A stretch of 64,000 nucleotides of DNA from Nymphaea colorata (Eukaryota): assembly GCF_008831285.2 (NCBI RefSeq), contig NC_045138.2, forward strand, positions 42,718,001 to 42,782,000. Direction: 5' to 3'. This document shows positions 50,900 to 64,000 of the stretch, piece by piece. The stretch's first letter is position 1; every line of letters begins with the position of its first letter. A model generated the notes under the pieces. That model was given only the letters and a program-made list of their open reading frames with translations. It made no database searches and was not told the origin of the DNA. The position numbers and the translations under genes are program-made.

Positions 50900-53800
50900 C
50901 TGTTTTCACTCGGTGGTTCTCTAATCGATGTTCACCATATATTGGCTTCCATGATGCTCAGGTGGCTCTCCTTTACGGACATGTAGAATTTAGTTTTGCA
51001 AGGAGAATTTTGGATACTTTCAGAAGCAGCAATGGGCCCAAACCAATAGCACATTGATATATGATGACAAATTCTAGCGGGATTTAAAAAGCTTCAACTA
51101 ATCCGATGTCCCAAAGTAGCCTCGATTTGCAAGAGAACAAGAAGTGTGAAAGATCAAAAGAAACTTTAACAGAAAGAGGAACACATCAAAATATCATAGC
51201 CTGAAAGTCTACAATCTAAAGCAAGCTTGCTCGACCATTGTGAAGGAATAATTAAAATGTTCGTTGACCATTTCAACCTAAGTCACATGGACTTTTCTAT
51301 TTTACTGCTGCATCAAAATCGCGTCGAGTCCGGTGCACACCGGACATGGGTGCAGCTCCGACTCGCACCCGAGCCCAATCAATGGGAGTCAGATGCGGTC
51401 AGCCACACCAAACTATATTTGTCCATTTCTGACACGCACCCAACTTGCATAAAACTAGAGTCGGGTGTGGTCAACTCGCATCTGATCTAAATGTGTCCTA
51501 TTTTTTGGTATTATTGTTGTATACATTTTAGCATTTTATTTTATATGCTTGTTCAGTTGTTCTTGAATGTACTATAAAAGTTTCAAAGTTCAACTAACCA
51601 ATATATATTGTCAGTCATGTACATATGCAACCGTGCATATATACTTTGCAACTGATATAGTGATATATTGTCATCTTATAAACTTATAATATATGATATG
51701 AACTTTTTAGAAGGAGGTCAATTGCCGAAGCAAGCATTTGAAAGTTGGAGAGTGGAAGTATATGATTTTAAGCCTTGAAGTTATGAAGGAGGCAACAGTA
51801 ATGAGGTAAGAGTTTCAGCAGATAGGTTACCCCTTTTTGCTTGTGTTGAATGGCAGTTTGGCCACTAATCCCTTTTTAAAGTTATCTAGAAGGTTTGCAA
51901 TGAGTATATCAAATTAAGGCGATCTAATAAGTCTAGAAATCTATCTAGTGAGCCTATATATATGTCGTACATTACTGGCTATCTGTGTAGATACACCCAA
52001 ATTAAGGCGAACTAATAAGTCTGGTTCAGTATCATTTCATTTAATATGGATTGTATGTGTATAAAACCAGGGAGGATCCATATCCAGTATATGATGGGCG
52101 AAACCATCATTGGCCCCTCATGAGTGATAAATAGGGTTGTAGTCCCAAGGCACAAGGGTTAAGAAACCATTGTGTGATCTCCTCCATCTTATCTAAAAAT
52201 CCTAGAGGATTTTGTGTCATACCCTTATAGCTACCCTCTGAAAGATCCACCGGGCCCCTTTTCACTTGTGCGATGGATATCGTACGTTTTCATGAACTTC
52301 TTAATGTCAAGCATGGTCAATCGTTATGATTTTGACATCTATAACATATTTCTTTGTTTCTGCCTTCACGTATCAGAGCCAATCGATTTATACTTTTTAT
52401 TTAATTTAATTTTCTGTATTTTTGGTGTGGTTTGAGTTCCAGTAGGGAATGTTAAACGGTGGCCGGCATAATTTTTGGCCGGCCAAGTGATCTCTCTCTC
52501 TCTCTCTCTCTGGCCTTGCTGGTGATGGAAAAGGGACGGTGGGACCCGCTTATTGCCACCATCCCGCTGCCATTTCGTCTTGTTAGTGGGGCATCGCCCG
52601 TCCGTCACCGACGAAAAAGAGAGGTCCCTTCCTTAACCCTCATTTAGGCGAGCAGAAAAACAGGGGACGGGCGTCGGATCCTCCCTCGCAGCAACAGAGG
52701 AAGGGACCGGTCCGGGTCCCTCGTTCCTCTTAAGTCCACAGAGGAAGAGGGAGGGTCATGACCCTCCTTGTCGACGGAGAAAGGGCAGGGAAGGACATCC
52801 GGCCCTTTCCCTGATCATGGCCGCCGGCCGTTCGAGAAATAGAGAAAGAGACATCCGATGGCCTCTTTGCCATAGCACAGGAGGAAGGGATCGTCGTCGG
52901 GTGATTAGAGAGGGAGGTACCTGTTCGGGTCCCTCCCTTTTTCCTAGCGGCAGAGTGGCCCCCCTTGCCTGCGGCACCGGTGACTGCCGCTGAGCATTCG
53001 AGAGAGGGAGGGCTGGGACGGCCCTCCCAGTGACCTGCACAGGCATTTGGTTCCTGCATGGTTTCCACCGTAGTGGCAGTTGCTGCCACCGCTGGAGGGA
53101 GGAGGGGCAAGCCTCCCTCTTGCAGGCGACTGCAGCTGAGGCGCAGCTGTCAGCGTCAGGAACAGAGGGAGAGAAAGGGACCCAGCCTGGGTCCCTTTTC
53201 TGGTGACCGCCACCGGCACCGGTGTGTGGTTACAGGCAGACAAAAGGGAAAAGTGTTTATCTTCCCCTCATGCGCAATGCACGAACCGCCCCATTTAGTC
53301 ATTAAAAACGAACATCATTTTAAGATATGGATTTTAAATACCTTCCATTTCAAGTGGAATTTGATTATTATTTTTTTATATTTTAATTAATGAGTACTTA
53401 TCAGTTAAAGTGAACCGTATAAAAGTTTGGAAGTTTCATGTTGAGCATGATTTAGATGTATATGGAATTTTTTTGGATCTCTGCAGTTGCATTCATCACG
53501 TGTTATTTAGATTCATCACGTATAAAAGTACTTCCAATTACTTTTTACAATTGTGTAATTCTTGTGGTATGCACATATTGTGAATTATCTCATCATTGAG
53601 ATGATGTGCTACGCACACATGAAATTACCTTCAAAACCCTGATTGACATGTCACCTTATCGTTTGGTAAGTTGTGTCACCTGTCAATAGAATTGGAGCAT
53701 GATGCATATTGGGCGATTAAGAAACTAAACTTTGATGTGACTCAAGCAGGTGAAGAGAGAAAATTGCAACTAAGTTAGTTGGAGGTGTTCAAGAATGAAG

Positions 53801-54110
53801 CATATAAAAATGCCAAGATTTATAAGGAACAAATGAATGCATATTATGATGCATATTCAGAGAAGAGCATTTGTTTAGGGGTAGAAAGTATGACTTTACA
53901 ATTTAAGACTCCAGCTCTTCCCAAGCAGACTTAGAACAAGGTGGAACGCTCCGTACAAGGTAGCTAAGGCTTACCCTAGTGGAGTAGTTAAGGTCAGATA
54001 TTTTGGAATGCTAAGCAATTTATAATGGATAGTTAGAGATTGAAAGACTACATTGAGAATATGGAAGACAGGGATGTGGAAAAGATGGATTTTCATGACC
54101 CACAGGATTA
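50900..54110 (+). mobile_element. Athila-like Ty3/gypsy remnant: weak gag trace and integrase C-terminus, internally deleted or interrupted
   Basis: 53625-54110 translates, with breaks, FKTLIDMSPYR..GKLCHLSIELEHDAYWAIKKLNFDVTQAGEERKLQL..LEVFKNEAYKNAKIYKE...LQLFPSRLRTRWNAPYKV, a typical Athila integrase tail. The gag-like trace at about 50920-51040 is weak. Confidence 0.7.
52000..53560 (+). mobile_element. Truncated LTR-element 5' portion (partial LTR, PBS, GC-rich leader)
   Basis: ...CCTTCA followed by CGTATCAGAGCC (52369-52380, degenerate tRNA-iMet PBS), then a GC-rich leader at 52440-53260. No coding region or partner LTR; boundaries approximate. Confidence 0.5.
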
Positions 54111-57100
54111 GAAATATCATATAAATAAGACATGTATGCTTAATCTCTATTTGTTGTCAGTCAGTTATAGGTATACAAGACCACTCAAGGAGATCATCGA
54201 AGCAGCTGCCTTTGGGAGTACGATGCAATCATGAGGACTGCTCGAGTCAATGGAAACTACCTTGGGAATGCATTATCAAGTTGTATCTTTCTTTGCTTTT
54301 ATTTTTTTAGCATATGTGTAGTTCAGTTTAAACATGGGGGCATTGCGAGGGAAACAATGTTTAAGCATAGGGAAATTGGATGGATAACTTAAAAATTTGT
54401 CTCGTACCTATTTTTGTAAAAACTCACCGCATTAGGCCATAAAAGGGTCTATTTTTAATTTCTTATAGATTGTAACTATATGAATGAGGGCATTTCAAGT
54501 GGAATCTTATACTAGCTCTTGCTTATGCTTCAAGTTGATGACTACTTTGCTGGAGTGAAGGGTGGCTCATTTCTACCATGCACTAAAAAAGAATAATTGA
54601 AAAAGAATAAAAGGTGAGCATGTCACATGTTGTTATATGAGCATTGGTTGAACAAGGATGACCTAAACATACATGAATTTTAAAGAAGGATGCATGAAAG
54701 TTTGTTACAAATTTGAGAAAAAGCTGTTTGAAAAGTTATTTATAATTTGGTGGTATGAAATTTGCTTTTCACTATTTTCTATGTTCTGGAGAGAGAAAAT
54801 CCAAACATTAGTGTTATGCATTAATTTTTCTTAGATTTTTGTGTAATTTATGGTATAGTTTGGTAGGAAGAAAATGATCTTTTGTTAAAAAAAAAGTTTT
54901 AGATGACAATTAGTTGTTAAATAGAGAGAGAGTGCACATTTTGCTTGAAGGTTTGTTCTTTTGATGCATTTTTCATTGTAGTTTGTTAGTTTATGTTATT
55001 ATTCTTCGAATTATGGTTTGTAGTACTTAGCCGCTTAATTTAGTGTCATTTTTATTTTAGTAACCAAAGAAAGTGAGTTGCACATTTTTGAGTTCACACA
55101 CGAAATGCAAGCTAACTAATCTAGACTTGGGTTAGTTGGCATTAACCAAGTCTTATATGTTTTTTTCAAGTAAGACACTAAACATTGCTTTGTATTTTTA
55201 TATTAGCAACCAGCTAGCACGCACATGCACAAATTTACATTAAAAGTGTCATGTTTTTGTGCATGGACAACAATGCATAGTAGCCATTTTGCTTTCTAAC
55301 TTGTACAACTGAAATACTCTTTCTTAGACAATTCACAACCCACTCGAGATGAAAGTAGAGCAATGACAAGGAAATTGGAAGCCTCAGATGTTGGAGTGAA
55401 TCGAGGCATCATTGAAAACCAAGGAGTTCTAGTGTCTTCAAAAGGCTACCACATTTAGATTTCGCTTTTTTTTTTCAATTTTATTTGTTTGTGCTTGTTG
55501 AAACATTTTGTACAAGTATAAGTGTCCATGAAACAACATTAAATATTTTGGAACGATGTAGAATTTTAATTATTGTAATAGAAGCATTCTCTTTTGAGAA
55601 TTAAAATTCTCGTTCTCTTGTGACTACTTTGAATTCGCCATATTATGATTATACATATCAATAGTCAAACAGTTGTTTCTGGAGTTCGACCTGGACTCAC
55701 TGCTTGTGAAAATTGGTAACAGTATAACTGTGAGTGATTTCACTTTGTATTGCAACAAATTAATTAATTATATATATAAAAACATGGATTTAAATTTTAC
55801 TATAAAATTAAACTTATATCTACAAACACACCATATCATGAGTTGGACGAAAATATATTTTCACTCACATTCACTTCATCATTCATGGAGCCCATCAACC
55901 TTTGTGGACAAATGATGGTGTCATGGGCAAAATCCTATTCTAGCGTCTATAGAGAGCTGGAAATAGTAATTTGTTGCACAAAATTAAAATAGGTTGTCAA
56001 ATAGACTTGGCAAAAGCAAAATTAGTTTCTCTCGTTCTTCCTATGTCTTTTGGACACCATCAACTTTAAATAGTAGCAATGACCTCACTCATCCAATTGG
56101 GAGACGAGCAAGGTACCCAAGGTTCTAACCCATCAAGGTGGGGACAACTCCAGGATGACTCAGTTGAGCCTGCAACCTTCACACGAATATAGTATGTCTT
56201 TCTATCTTTAGCTGCCCAAAGGCATTTCCTCTGCAAGGCACAGTGTTTGAATTCTAACTCTTCTAGAGTGGTATCTCACTGATGGCACATGCTGCACACC
56301 CCTTTAGTTGATGCAATTGGTCATGTGTGCCATATGAATAAGAAAGTTTTTATATATGAAACCTGGATTGCTACACTCATGGGGGTTTCAAACACTTGGG
56401 AATTCCCAACTTTTGTATGACCTTACCTTGGAATTTGTGTGCTAGAAGAGGGAGGATCATCCTCTCTTTAGAGTGCTTAAGAAAGAAAAAACTCTTCCCA
56501 AGGATTGATACACGATTATACCCCTCCTTGAAAATCATGTAATTAGGTGAAACTATATGTTAAAAAAACTTATTAAGATGTCATCTCTACAACTTATAAT
56601 GCCACAGTATTTTGGACATTTTTTGCTCAACTCTCAGTGAAAATCAATTATGTCAATTGAATACTTCATGGTCTGAAAGAGTTTTATGGAGTCTATGATT
56701 TTTGCTGATTCTTAGATGAGGGAAATAAAAACATATGAGCTACATGGACGTTACATTTATATGGTTCATCAAACTCATATAACTGGTAGTAAAGACGAGT
56801 ATCCAAATTTAATGTATCCAAATCACAGGCTTGGACCAAGATCAAGGAACTGGAACAACATTCAGATATGAAAAAAGTTATAGAATGTGATAGAAAATTT
56901 GGATAAGGGATTTCTATAAAGATGAATATAGATCATATATCCAAGGCACTGATAAGAGATATGCATTGAAGCTCTAGATATCTGAAAATCAAGAACATGA
57001 TTAACATGATTATATGACACATAGAGGAACATGATTAAAATGAAATAATTGTTTTTCCCTTGATATCGGTTTGGATCCAAAAATCATGGATTTGAGCGAT

Positions 57101-58164
57101 AAAGAGATTTGAATTGAAGCTCTAGAGATCTGAAAATGATAAATTTAGGTAAACGTAGAAATACATCTTAAGTTTATGCAGTAGAATGTGATGCAAAAGA
57201 AAATAATTATTTTGCCCATGGTGTAGGTTTCTGCAATCGGGTGAGCTTGGCCGATGTGGCTAGGCCATCCTATGGGCCTACTTCTAGATTGGGCTCTATT
57301 TAAATTCCCGTATACTCCTGAAATTCATTTTTTCTAGGAAAAGCATTACTCGATAACTCAATTTGTAAAGAAAAACCGGGGAGTGTTGGGAAAACCATAT
57401 TTTCATTCATTCCATATCAATTTGAGAGAGAAAAAATTGATTAATTAGGAACAAGAGAGAAGATAAGCTATTAATTGGCGAAGGGGGAGAGATGCACATT
57501 ATTTGATTGGTTTTTTTAAGAAATTGTAGATTGAGATACACCTCAATTTGTGAAAGAGATTCCTTCAATCCCGTGTGTTTACAAATTGTAAAGTGAAAAG
57601 GTTACTAATATAAAATATTAAACCTCAACTACAATTCAAGGAAATTGTCATAAGGTTATAAAACAATTGATGTGATCAATAAATTAACTAAAAGCATGAC
57701 CCGTTATATGCCATCCAATATTTGTTGTCTGGACATCGAGCCTGGTATTTTAAGCATTAATTTTTCTTCAAGAGTCTAATGGCACGTACAAACACAGACG
57801 TTGGAAAATGAAGGATCAATGAGAAAAAATCATGGAACTTATATGAACCTGTATATGTGGAGCTTTCTAAGCAAAGAAAGGCAAGACTGTTAATCTATTC
57901 AATCAATCCGATCCCTGCGGCCGATTTTCACGAACTTTTACGAGTCGGTTCCACCTTCCTGTGTCCCTGTGGTGAATGAGATTCCGGACGCTATTTGGAT
58001 ACACCTGGCCATTAATTTGAATTTTGACAATGAACAAGGCTTTGAACAATTAGTAGGAAAGTATTTAGACCATCGTGAGGAATTAGATGGATCAGGCAAT
58101 CGGTTCCGAAAAGTCAAATATCTATATATTTCTGACGTCATTTTCCATGTGTGTGTGTGCGCGC

Positions 58165-58205
<41 letters not shown>

Positions 58206-60703
58206 CACCAAATTGTGAGAATAAAGAATCAAAAGGTTTTAGAAAATGAATCCTATCGGTGATTCGACAAACTGTAGTTCGTGATAAGAAAACTTTAGAC
58301 TTCTAATAGCATATTCTAAGGACTAGAGCAAGCAGAGTCAGCCTAAATGCTAGGATTAAATTAGTATATTCATCATGTGAGGTAATTATTCTCCCCTCAA
58401 ATGAATGCTACTGCCAAGTTGCGGGTCAACCAACCATCATTGCTCACATATTATTGTTCTTTCGACCCCCACACACACGCACGCACAAACACAGGCAAAT
58501 ATATGTTCTCCAACCGGAATGATGAGAACACTGCAGAGCTGACCTTTGAGGTAAAGCATAGATTTTGGGTCTTCTTCGTACTTTTTGAATCAGCTCACGT
58601 TCACACGGTCTCGGTCAACTTTCCATGATAAGTTCCAACCTTATCGTCCTTGAAGACCTTCCACTAAATGATGGCCTTTTTCTTGCCCATCTTTTTGGGT
58701 TTAATATTCTTGTCTCTTTAAAAGCTAGATAGTGGGAGAACATGAGTCCTTTTTGCCATCTTTTTCGTTTAGAAGTGTCAAAAGAAAAATGAAGACCTAG
58801 ACGACGAGTCAAGGAGCGTAACATAATTAGTGGAGCAGGTGAACTTGTAAAAGACATGTTACCTATTCGATTCCTATAAGTGCTATTTTATTGAATTGTG
58901 AAAGGTCACGACCTAGTTGAAGGGTGAATCGTACTCCACCTGATGCAATTCAATACCTGGAGGGCAGAAAGAAACGAAGAGGCCTTCAGGCCTCAGTCCG
59001 GGCGGTGGGGTAACCTCCCTCTCACTCGACACGTTCAGAAACCCCTCTGATGGGATATATAGACACCAACGAGTTCATTTAATCAAAGATATTCAAAAGG
59101 CCGGAAGAGTTGACCAACGATACTGACTGTTTGTATGACAACCATAATATATGCATGGACCACCACACTTACGCCAATCCTCTTGGGATCTGACGTCAAG
59201 GCTGACTTTCCGGTCATAATGAATGGGACAACAGATTTGTGTTGGTGCTCTACTCCATTTTCAGATGAAACAGAAAGAAAATCCATGGATGTGTGGAAAT
59301 TCCGCCTATCGCTGGTTTCACTTTCATTCCTTTGAATTGAGTGAAAGCAACGCACTCGATGGTAGTTTGAGGCTTGAAGAGTTCCACAAAATGTGAACGG
59401 CACTAACTGAGTGGAGTCTTGTCAGCAGGTCCCATAAAATGGTGAGGTTTTCTAGTCTATCGCAAAGGCCACTACCCTTTAACGGGATGCGGATTTGATT
59501 TACGTCCTTCAATTGTTTCTCCTAAAGCAAAGATGGGAAGAGGAACGAAAATCGATGAAAATGAGGCAATCAAAAGCAGACGAACAAAATCCTATTATGT
59601 ATCAGCATTTGAGTAAAGATCTTTCAATGTCTTTAAGAGCTATTGGCGGCAAGAGCTATCTATAGATTGTCATTAGGAGGCTCGTGAATGTCGCAAAAGT
59701 TTCGTATATTGATGAACGTGGAGGCCCACAAGGTATACACGTGCAGTCTCGTCGTCCATTCAGAAGCTTAAGAGTGCTTGGACACCGTAGTATAATATTT
59801 AATTTTACCCGCTAACGGGTATCAGTCTGCCTTTTACCCAGCCTTGCCTAATCCTCTTTCAACCGGTCTACGCACATGAAATTATGGTATGTGCCCATCT
59901 GCAAGAAATAATGGGAATAATTGGGTATTAAATAATTTAAGCATGTGGATTAGTGGGTTATGATGGGACTTCCACCCAGTGGCAATAACCTGGAGATATC
60001 TGGTCGGCCCCTTGGTCTGATTAAAATGATAAAAAACGTCAACATTTCAGTTTTTGGTGGATATTTGTACATAGAATTAAAGATCACATGGGCTAATTCA
60101 TTATAACATGTGGTGTTCCTTTGAATTATTCATTATTAATCAAACTCGGGAAATGGAAATTAATCAAGGCGTCCAATTCAATATTGGCTTAACTTCATTA
60201 ATACTTAAAGAAAGTAAAAATGTCTATTCTATTCAGGTTTCAATATCAGAAATCAGAAAATGTCCATTCTATTCAGGTTTCAGTATCAGAAATCATAAAT
60301 AAAAATGTCTATGCTATGTCTACGCACAAGAACTTAGTTTTGGAAAAGACATTAATTTTAAAAAGCTAAGATGACCCTCGGGGTTTCGGCTATGAAAAAG
60401 ATAAAAAAAAAAAAAATCCTTTATCATGAGGACGTGACATGCCATCTACATCTACATGATGCATGAACTTTAGGAACATCCTTAGGGACTGAAATGGACT
60501 TAGAAAATAGATTAAAAGCTACCTTGAAATCAAGTTGACTTTGAGAACTGAACTTGAATTTGTGAAGAGAGTAAGAAGACATTTTTGGAAATCATGGTGC
60601 GAACATGAAAGTGTATCCTACACGATGCTAACATATTCGACCATCCCCATGCTGCGGCTATGGATAACGATACACCATACCATGAATACATTCAGTTTCC
60701 AAG

Positions 60704-61181
60704 TAGGGTTGCACAATGAGCTGTGCCAATTCGGTTTTGACTCAAACTCACTTGAAAAAACTTGGCATACTCGACTCATTTATAAACTAGCCTGAGTTTG
60801 AGCTTACAAAGATACTTAAAATGATAAACGAATCGAGTTCGAGTTTGAGGAACTCAATTTGTTTATACTCGACTCGACTCACAAACTGGTATTTCATATA
60901 ATATGGCCAAAACCAGTTTCAAAAGTGACATGAGTTAAACGAGTTAAATAAGTTAAATGAGTTACACACGTTAATGCTTATACGAGTTAACACTAAACTA
61001 GTTAACACCTAAACGAGTTAAATAAGTCGTGGTCCAACTCGATTTTGTGTAGTCGAGTTGAGCTTGAGCTTGCTATAAGGAGCTTGAGTCATCTTCAAGT
61101 CAAACTCAAGCTCGCTTTTTGAGCTGAGTCGACCTCTAGCTGGCCAATCTTGGGCTTCAACTTAACTCGTGTGCAGCCCTA
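60704..61181. mobile_element. hAT-type MITE with TAGGG(C/T)TGCAC TIRs
   Basis: TAGGGTTGCACA...TGTGCAGCCCTA; 8-bp TSD TTTCCAAG/TTTTCAAG (7/8); related to 18178-18662. Confidence 0.8.
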
Positions 61182-61259
61182 TTTTCAAGAGAAGGGTGCA
61201 TATGTTTAACGGTATTCATGTTGGCACAACATCTGAAGCGATCAAAACAAAGTGCACGA

Positions 61260-61890
61260 ATGTATGACAAAAACCATTCAGTGCATACTTTCCAATAAAA
61301 CAAACTCGTTAATGTTAACCGAATCAAACACATTCAAATTGATTTTTATTATGTAAGAGAAAGGGTCACTCAAAAACAACTTGAGACTAAGTACATTTCG
61401 ACCAACAATCATGTTGCCGATCTTTTTACCAAAAGCTTATCAAAGCATACTTTTAATCTTCTCAAGAACAAACTTGGCCTCCAGCAGCCGCTCGGTTTGA
61501 GGGGGAATGTTAACCAAATGAGTAAAGAGGATAAAGGCGATGAAATGGCAAGAGAGAAAAACGGCAACTAGAAATTGGAAAAATGCATCACGCTGGTAAT
61601 GGAAGATTGTATGAGAAAGGAAGAAAGGAAAAGAAATCAGAAGATATGGAAATGTGACAAACTTGGGATTGGATGGACATTTCATCTAATCTAGGAAAGA
61701 ACAATCTTGCCTATGATAAAACGTAATTGTTTTGCCTATTAAAAGAGACTCGACTCCAGCATTGTATATCATCTTCTTATCATTAAAATTGTTCGAGTGC
61801 CTTCCGATCGTGGACGTAGGCTCAACCAGAGCTGAACCACGTTATTTCCTGTCTTCATCCTCCTCTCTTCTTCCATTTTTCTTTAGGCTA
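61260..61890 (+). mobile_element. 3' fragment of an Ale-like copia element: RNase H end, PPT and 3' LTR
   Basis: RIKHIQIDFYYVRERV...VADLFTKSL...KLGL; PPT GAGGGGGAA at about 61499-61507; LTR starts TGTTAACC at 61508 and contains GTGGACGTAGGC...GAACCACGT. LTR end uncertain. Confidence 0.8.
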
Positions 61891-64000
61891 GAGAGGAACT
61901 TTTTGTTGGGGGGTGGGGGCGGTGGAAACTACTTTAATCTCATCTTTAAAACCTTGAAAAATTCTGACAGAGAGAGATCTAAGAGAAAAGCATTAGAAAG
62001 AATGGAGAAAGAACCTCAAAAATTATAGGTAGAGAGAGATACCTGGGATGTCCTGCCGTAAGCCTATTTTTACCTTTCTTGAGTAGCATTGTTCCATATT
62101 CTCCTCAGGGTTGGCACCGCATTCCTCCTTATTTTCAATATTATCAAGCTTTAGAAAGAATGCAAACCCTGTTTTGGACAACTAGGATGAAATCTACCGT
62201 GCATTCAGATCTTCATATTGGATTTAGATATGGATTTGATCTATTATCTAATTTGAAATGGAGATTTGAATCACTATTTCAGAAAAAATACTGGACTAAA
62301 GATATTGATCGTCATATGGAGCTGAGATATGGATTTAGAACAGAACCAGAATTGGTATTTGATGTTGAATTATTGGTCTAGATTGTGAATCTAAACCTGG
62401 ACATGGATTTGGAATAGGGCCGTCTTCCACTGGGTCTCATTGAGTCGGGTGGGTCTAGTCTTGGTCCAGTGACCAAGCCCAGATAATCAAGTCACTGTAA
62501 TAGGTTCTGGGAAATGGGTTCAGTTGACCAAACCTGGTCAAACTACAACTAGTTTTAGTGTAGGGTTCAGTTGGTTTGAGTATACTAGGCTGGAATTGAA
62601 GTGGGTTTGAGCGAGGGTGACACCTGGGTTTGACTAGTGTTAGACTAGGGTGAAGTTATTTTAAGGAGGACAAAACGACCTAAGTTCTGCTGGTCTGGGT
62701 CAGTACTAGGTTCAGGGGGTTGGGCTAGACTAAATTTTGTTGTTATGGGTGTTCCTAATCAAGGTACTCTAAATCAGGCAGGTTGCATAAAACTGAGTTC
62801 AATAGTTCTCACCAGGTGAAATTAGGTAGGTTTTGGACAGATTGGACTAGATGGGTCCTACAGAGCTAAATTTGACAATTTTGTTTGAACTGGGATCTAT
62901 AGGTCCTGTAGAAGCTATTTTTGGCAAACATGATTCTGTGGATTCGACGAGGCTTTTTGGCATGTCTTCAGGTTCATGGGCCTAAAGAACATATTTGTTG
63001 TAGGATTTTAGGAACTACAGTTTGTGGGCGCTATTGAGTCTACCAACAGTAGTTTTGAAGAAATTAGAGTTTGTGGGTTGTACTAGTTTATTTATGGCGT
63101 GCTGAGGTTGGAAAAATAATATTAGGCAGGACCTACCTGAAATAGTGACAAGAAGAATTTGGCCCTCAAATTTTGCATGGTCGGGCACCACGTCCTTGAT
63201 CCTATCTTGGTTAGACACAATTCAAAAATAATATCCGGTGTTCTTAACAAATCAATTTTTCTAAAAAACACCAGATGCAAACTAAAAATTGGAAAATGGT
63301 TGAATTCTACTTGTTCTGGGTAGGGTTTTGATAGGACGAACTGAGGAAACCCAGAATAGTGACTCCCGGAATATGATCAATCTAGAAATCAAGAAATTCT
63401 GATGAAATTCAAGCTAAAATAGACTCCAGACATAAATAGGAGTGCAGTGAACTTGTAGAATTGAAACTGTGCTCCACTATGCACGACGTAACTAGATCTG
63501 AGCTGAGGGAAGGTATAACTTCTCATGAAGAAACTGTCCTCAGCTCGATTGATCTTGTTATGGTAGAACTGCTGTGCATTTATGCTTAAGTATCAGAAAT
63601 CAAGTGACTGACACTAGGAGAGTGACCTCCAGACACCCTCGATTGAACTAGATCCAGGATGAATTAACTGAAACTATGTTGGGGTTCAGCCATTCTGAGC
63701 TTGATTAAAAAAAAAATCTAAGAATGGCTTGGTTTGACAGTGAAAAACAGAGCTAAAAATCTACCATTTTTGGCTGAAATGAGGCCCACCAAGTTCAGTT
63801 AACATATTTTTAGTCAAAACGAGCTGGGAAAAAATCCAGAAAGCTAAAATTGAAGATTCTGGACATAGTTTACACATTTCTATGTGTTCTTAAGGTTCAA
63901 GGGAAAAATGGTAAAAGTGACCCAAGGTTACCCTGGGGATTTCCTATGTTCAAGGTAATGGTAGACCTACTAGGGTGACATGGGGCAGTGACTTTGTCCT

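Noticed and set aside
52730..53390. Cluster of ~100-126-aa ORFs
   Set aside because: GC-rich leader downstream of a PBS; no recognisable domains.
57900..59800. Non-repetitive-looking region with short ORFs
   Set aside because: No recognisable protein, RNA gene or consistent exon structure.
60216..60312. 40-bp tandem duplication (also a 17-bp one at ~28472-28506)
   Set aside because: Ordinary local duplications with no sign of function.

Overview
Repeat-rich flowering-plant nuclear DNA with no prokaryotic features. Transposon content: two full-length but decayed Ty1/copia LTR retrotransposons (3073-9781, primed by a half tRNA and Bianca-like; 43068-48541, Tnt1/Tto1-like, with a perfect TSD), two partial Ale/Retrofit-like copia elements, a near full-length L1 LINE on the minus strand (~34850-41236), an older L1 remnant, an Athila-like gypsy remnant, and many hAT- and Mutator-type non-autonomous DNA elements, some nested. 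Host-gene content is small: one convincing single-exon small-protein gene (16158-16484), an orphan frameshifted phospholipase D exon (12130-12277) and two possible spliced non-coding transcripts. The most distinctive structure is the leader of the first copia element. It has a 32-nt primer-binding site complementary to almost the whole 5' half of tRNA-iMet, a ~21-bp tandem array, and four consecutive long hairpins that each carry a CAAA apical motif. All calls come from reading the sequence by eye; no searches were run.
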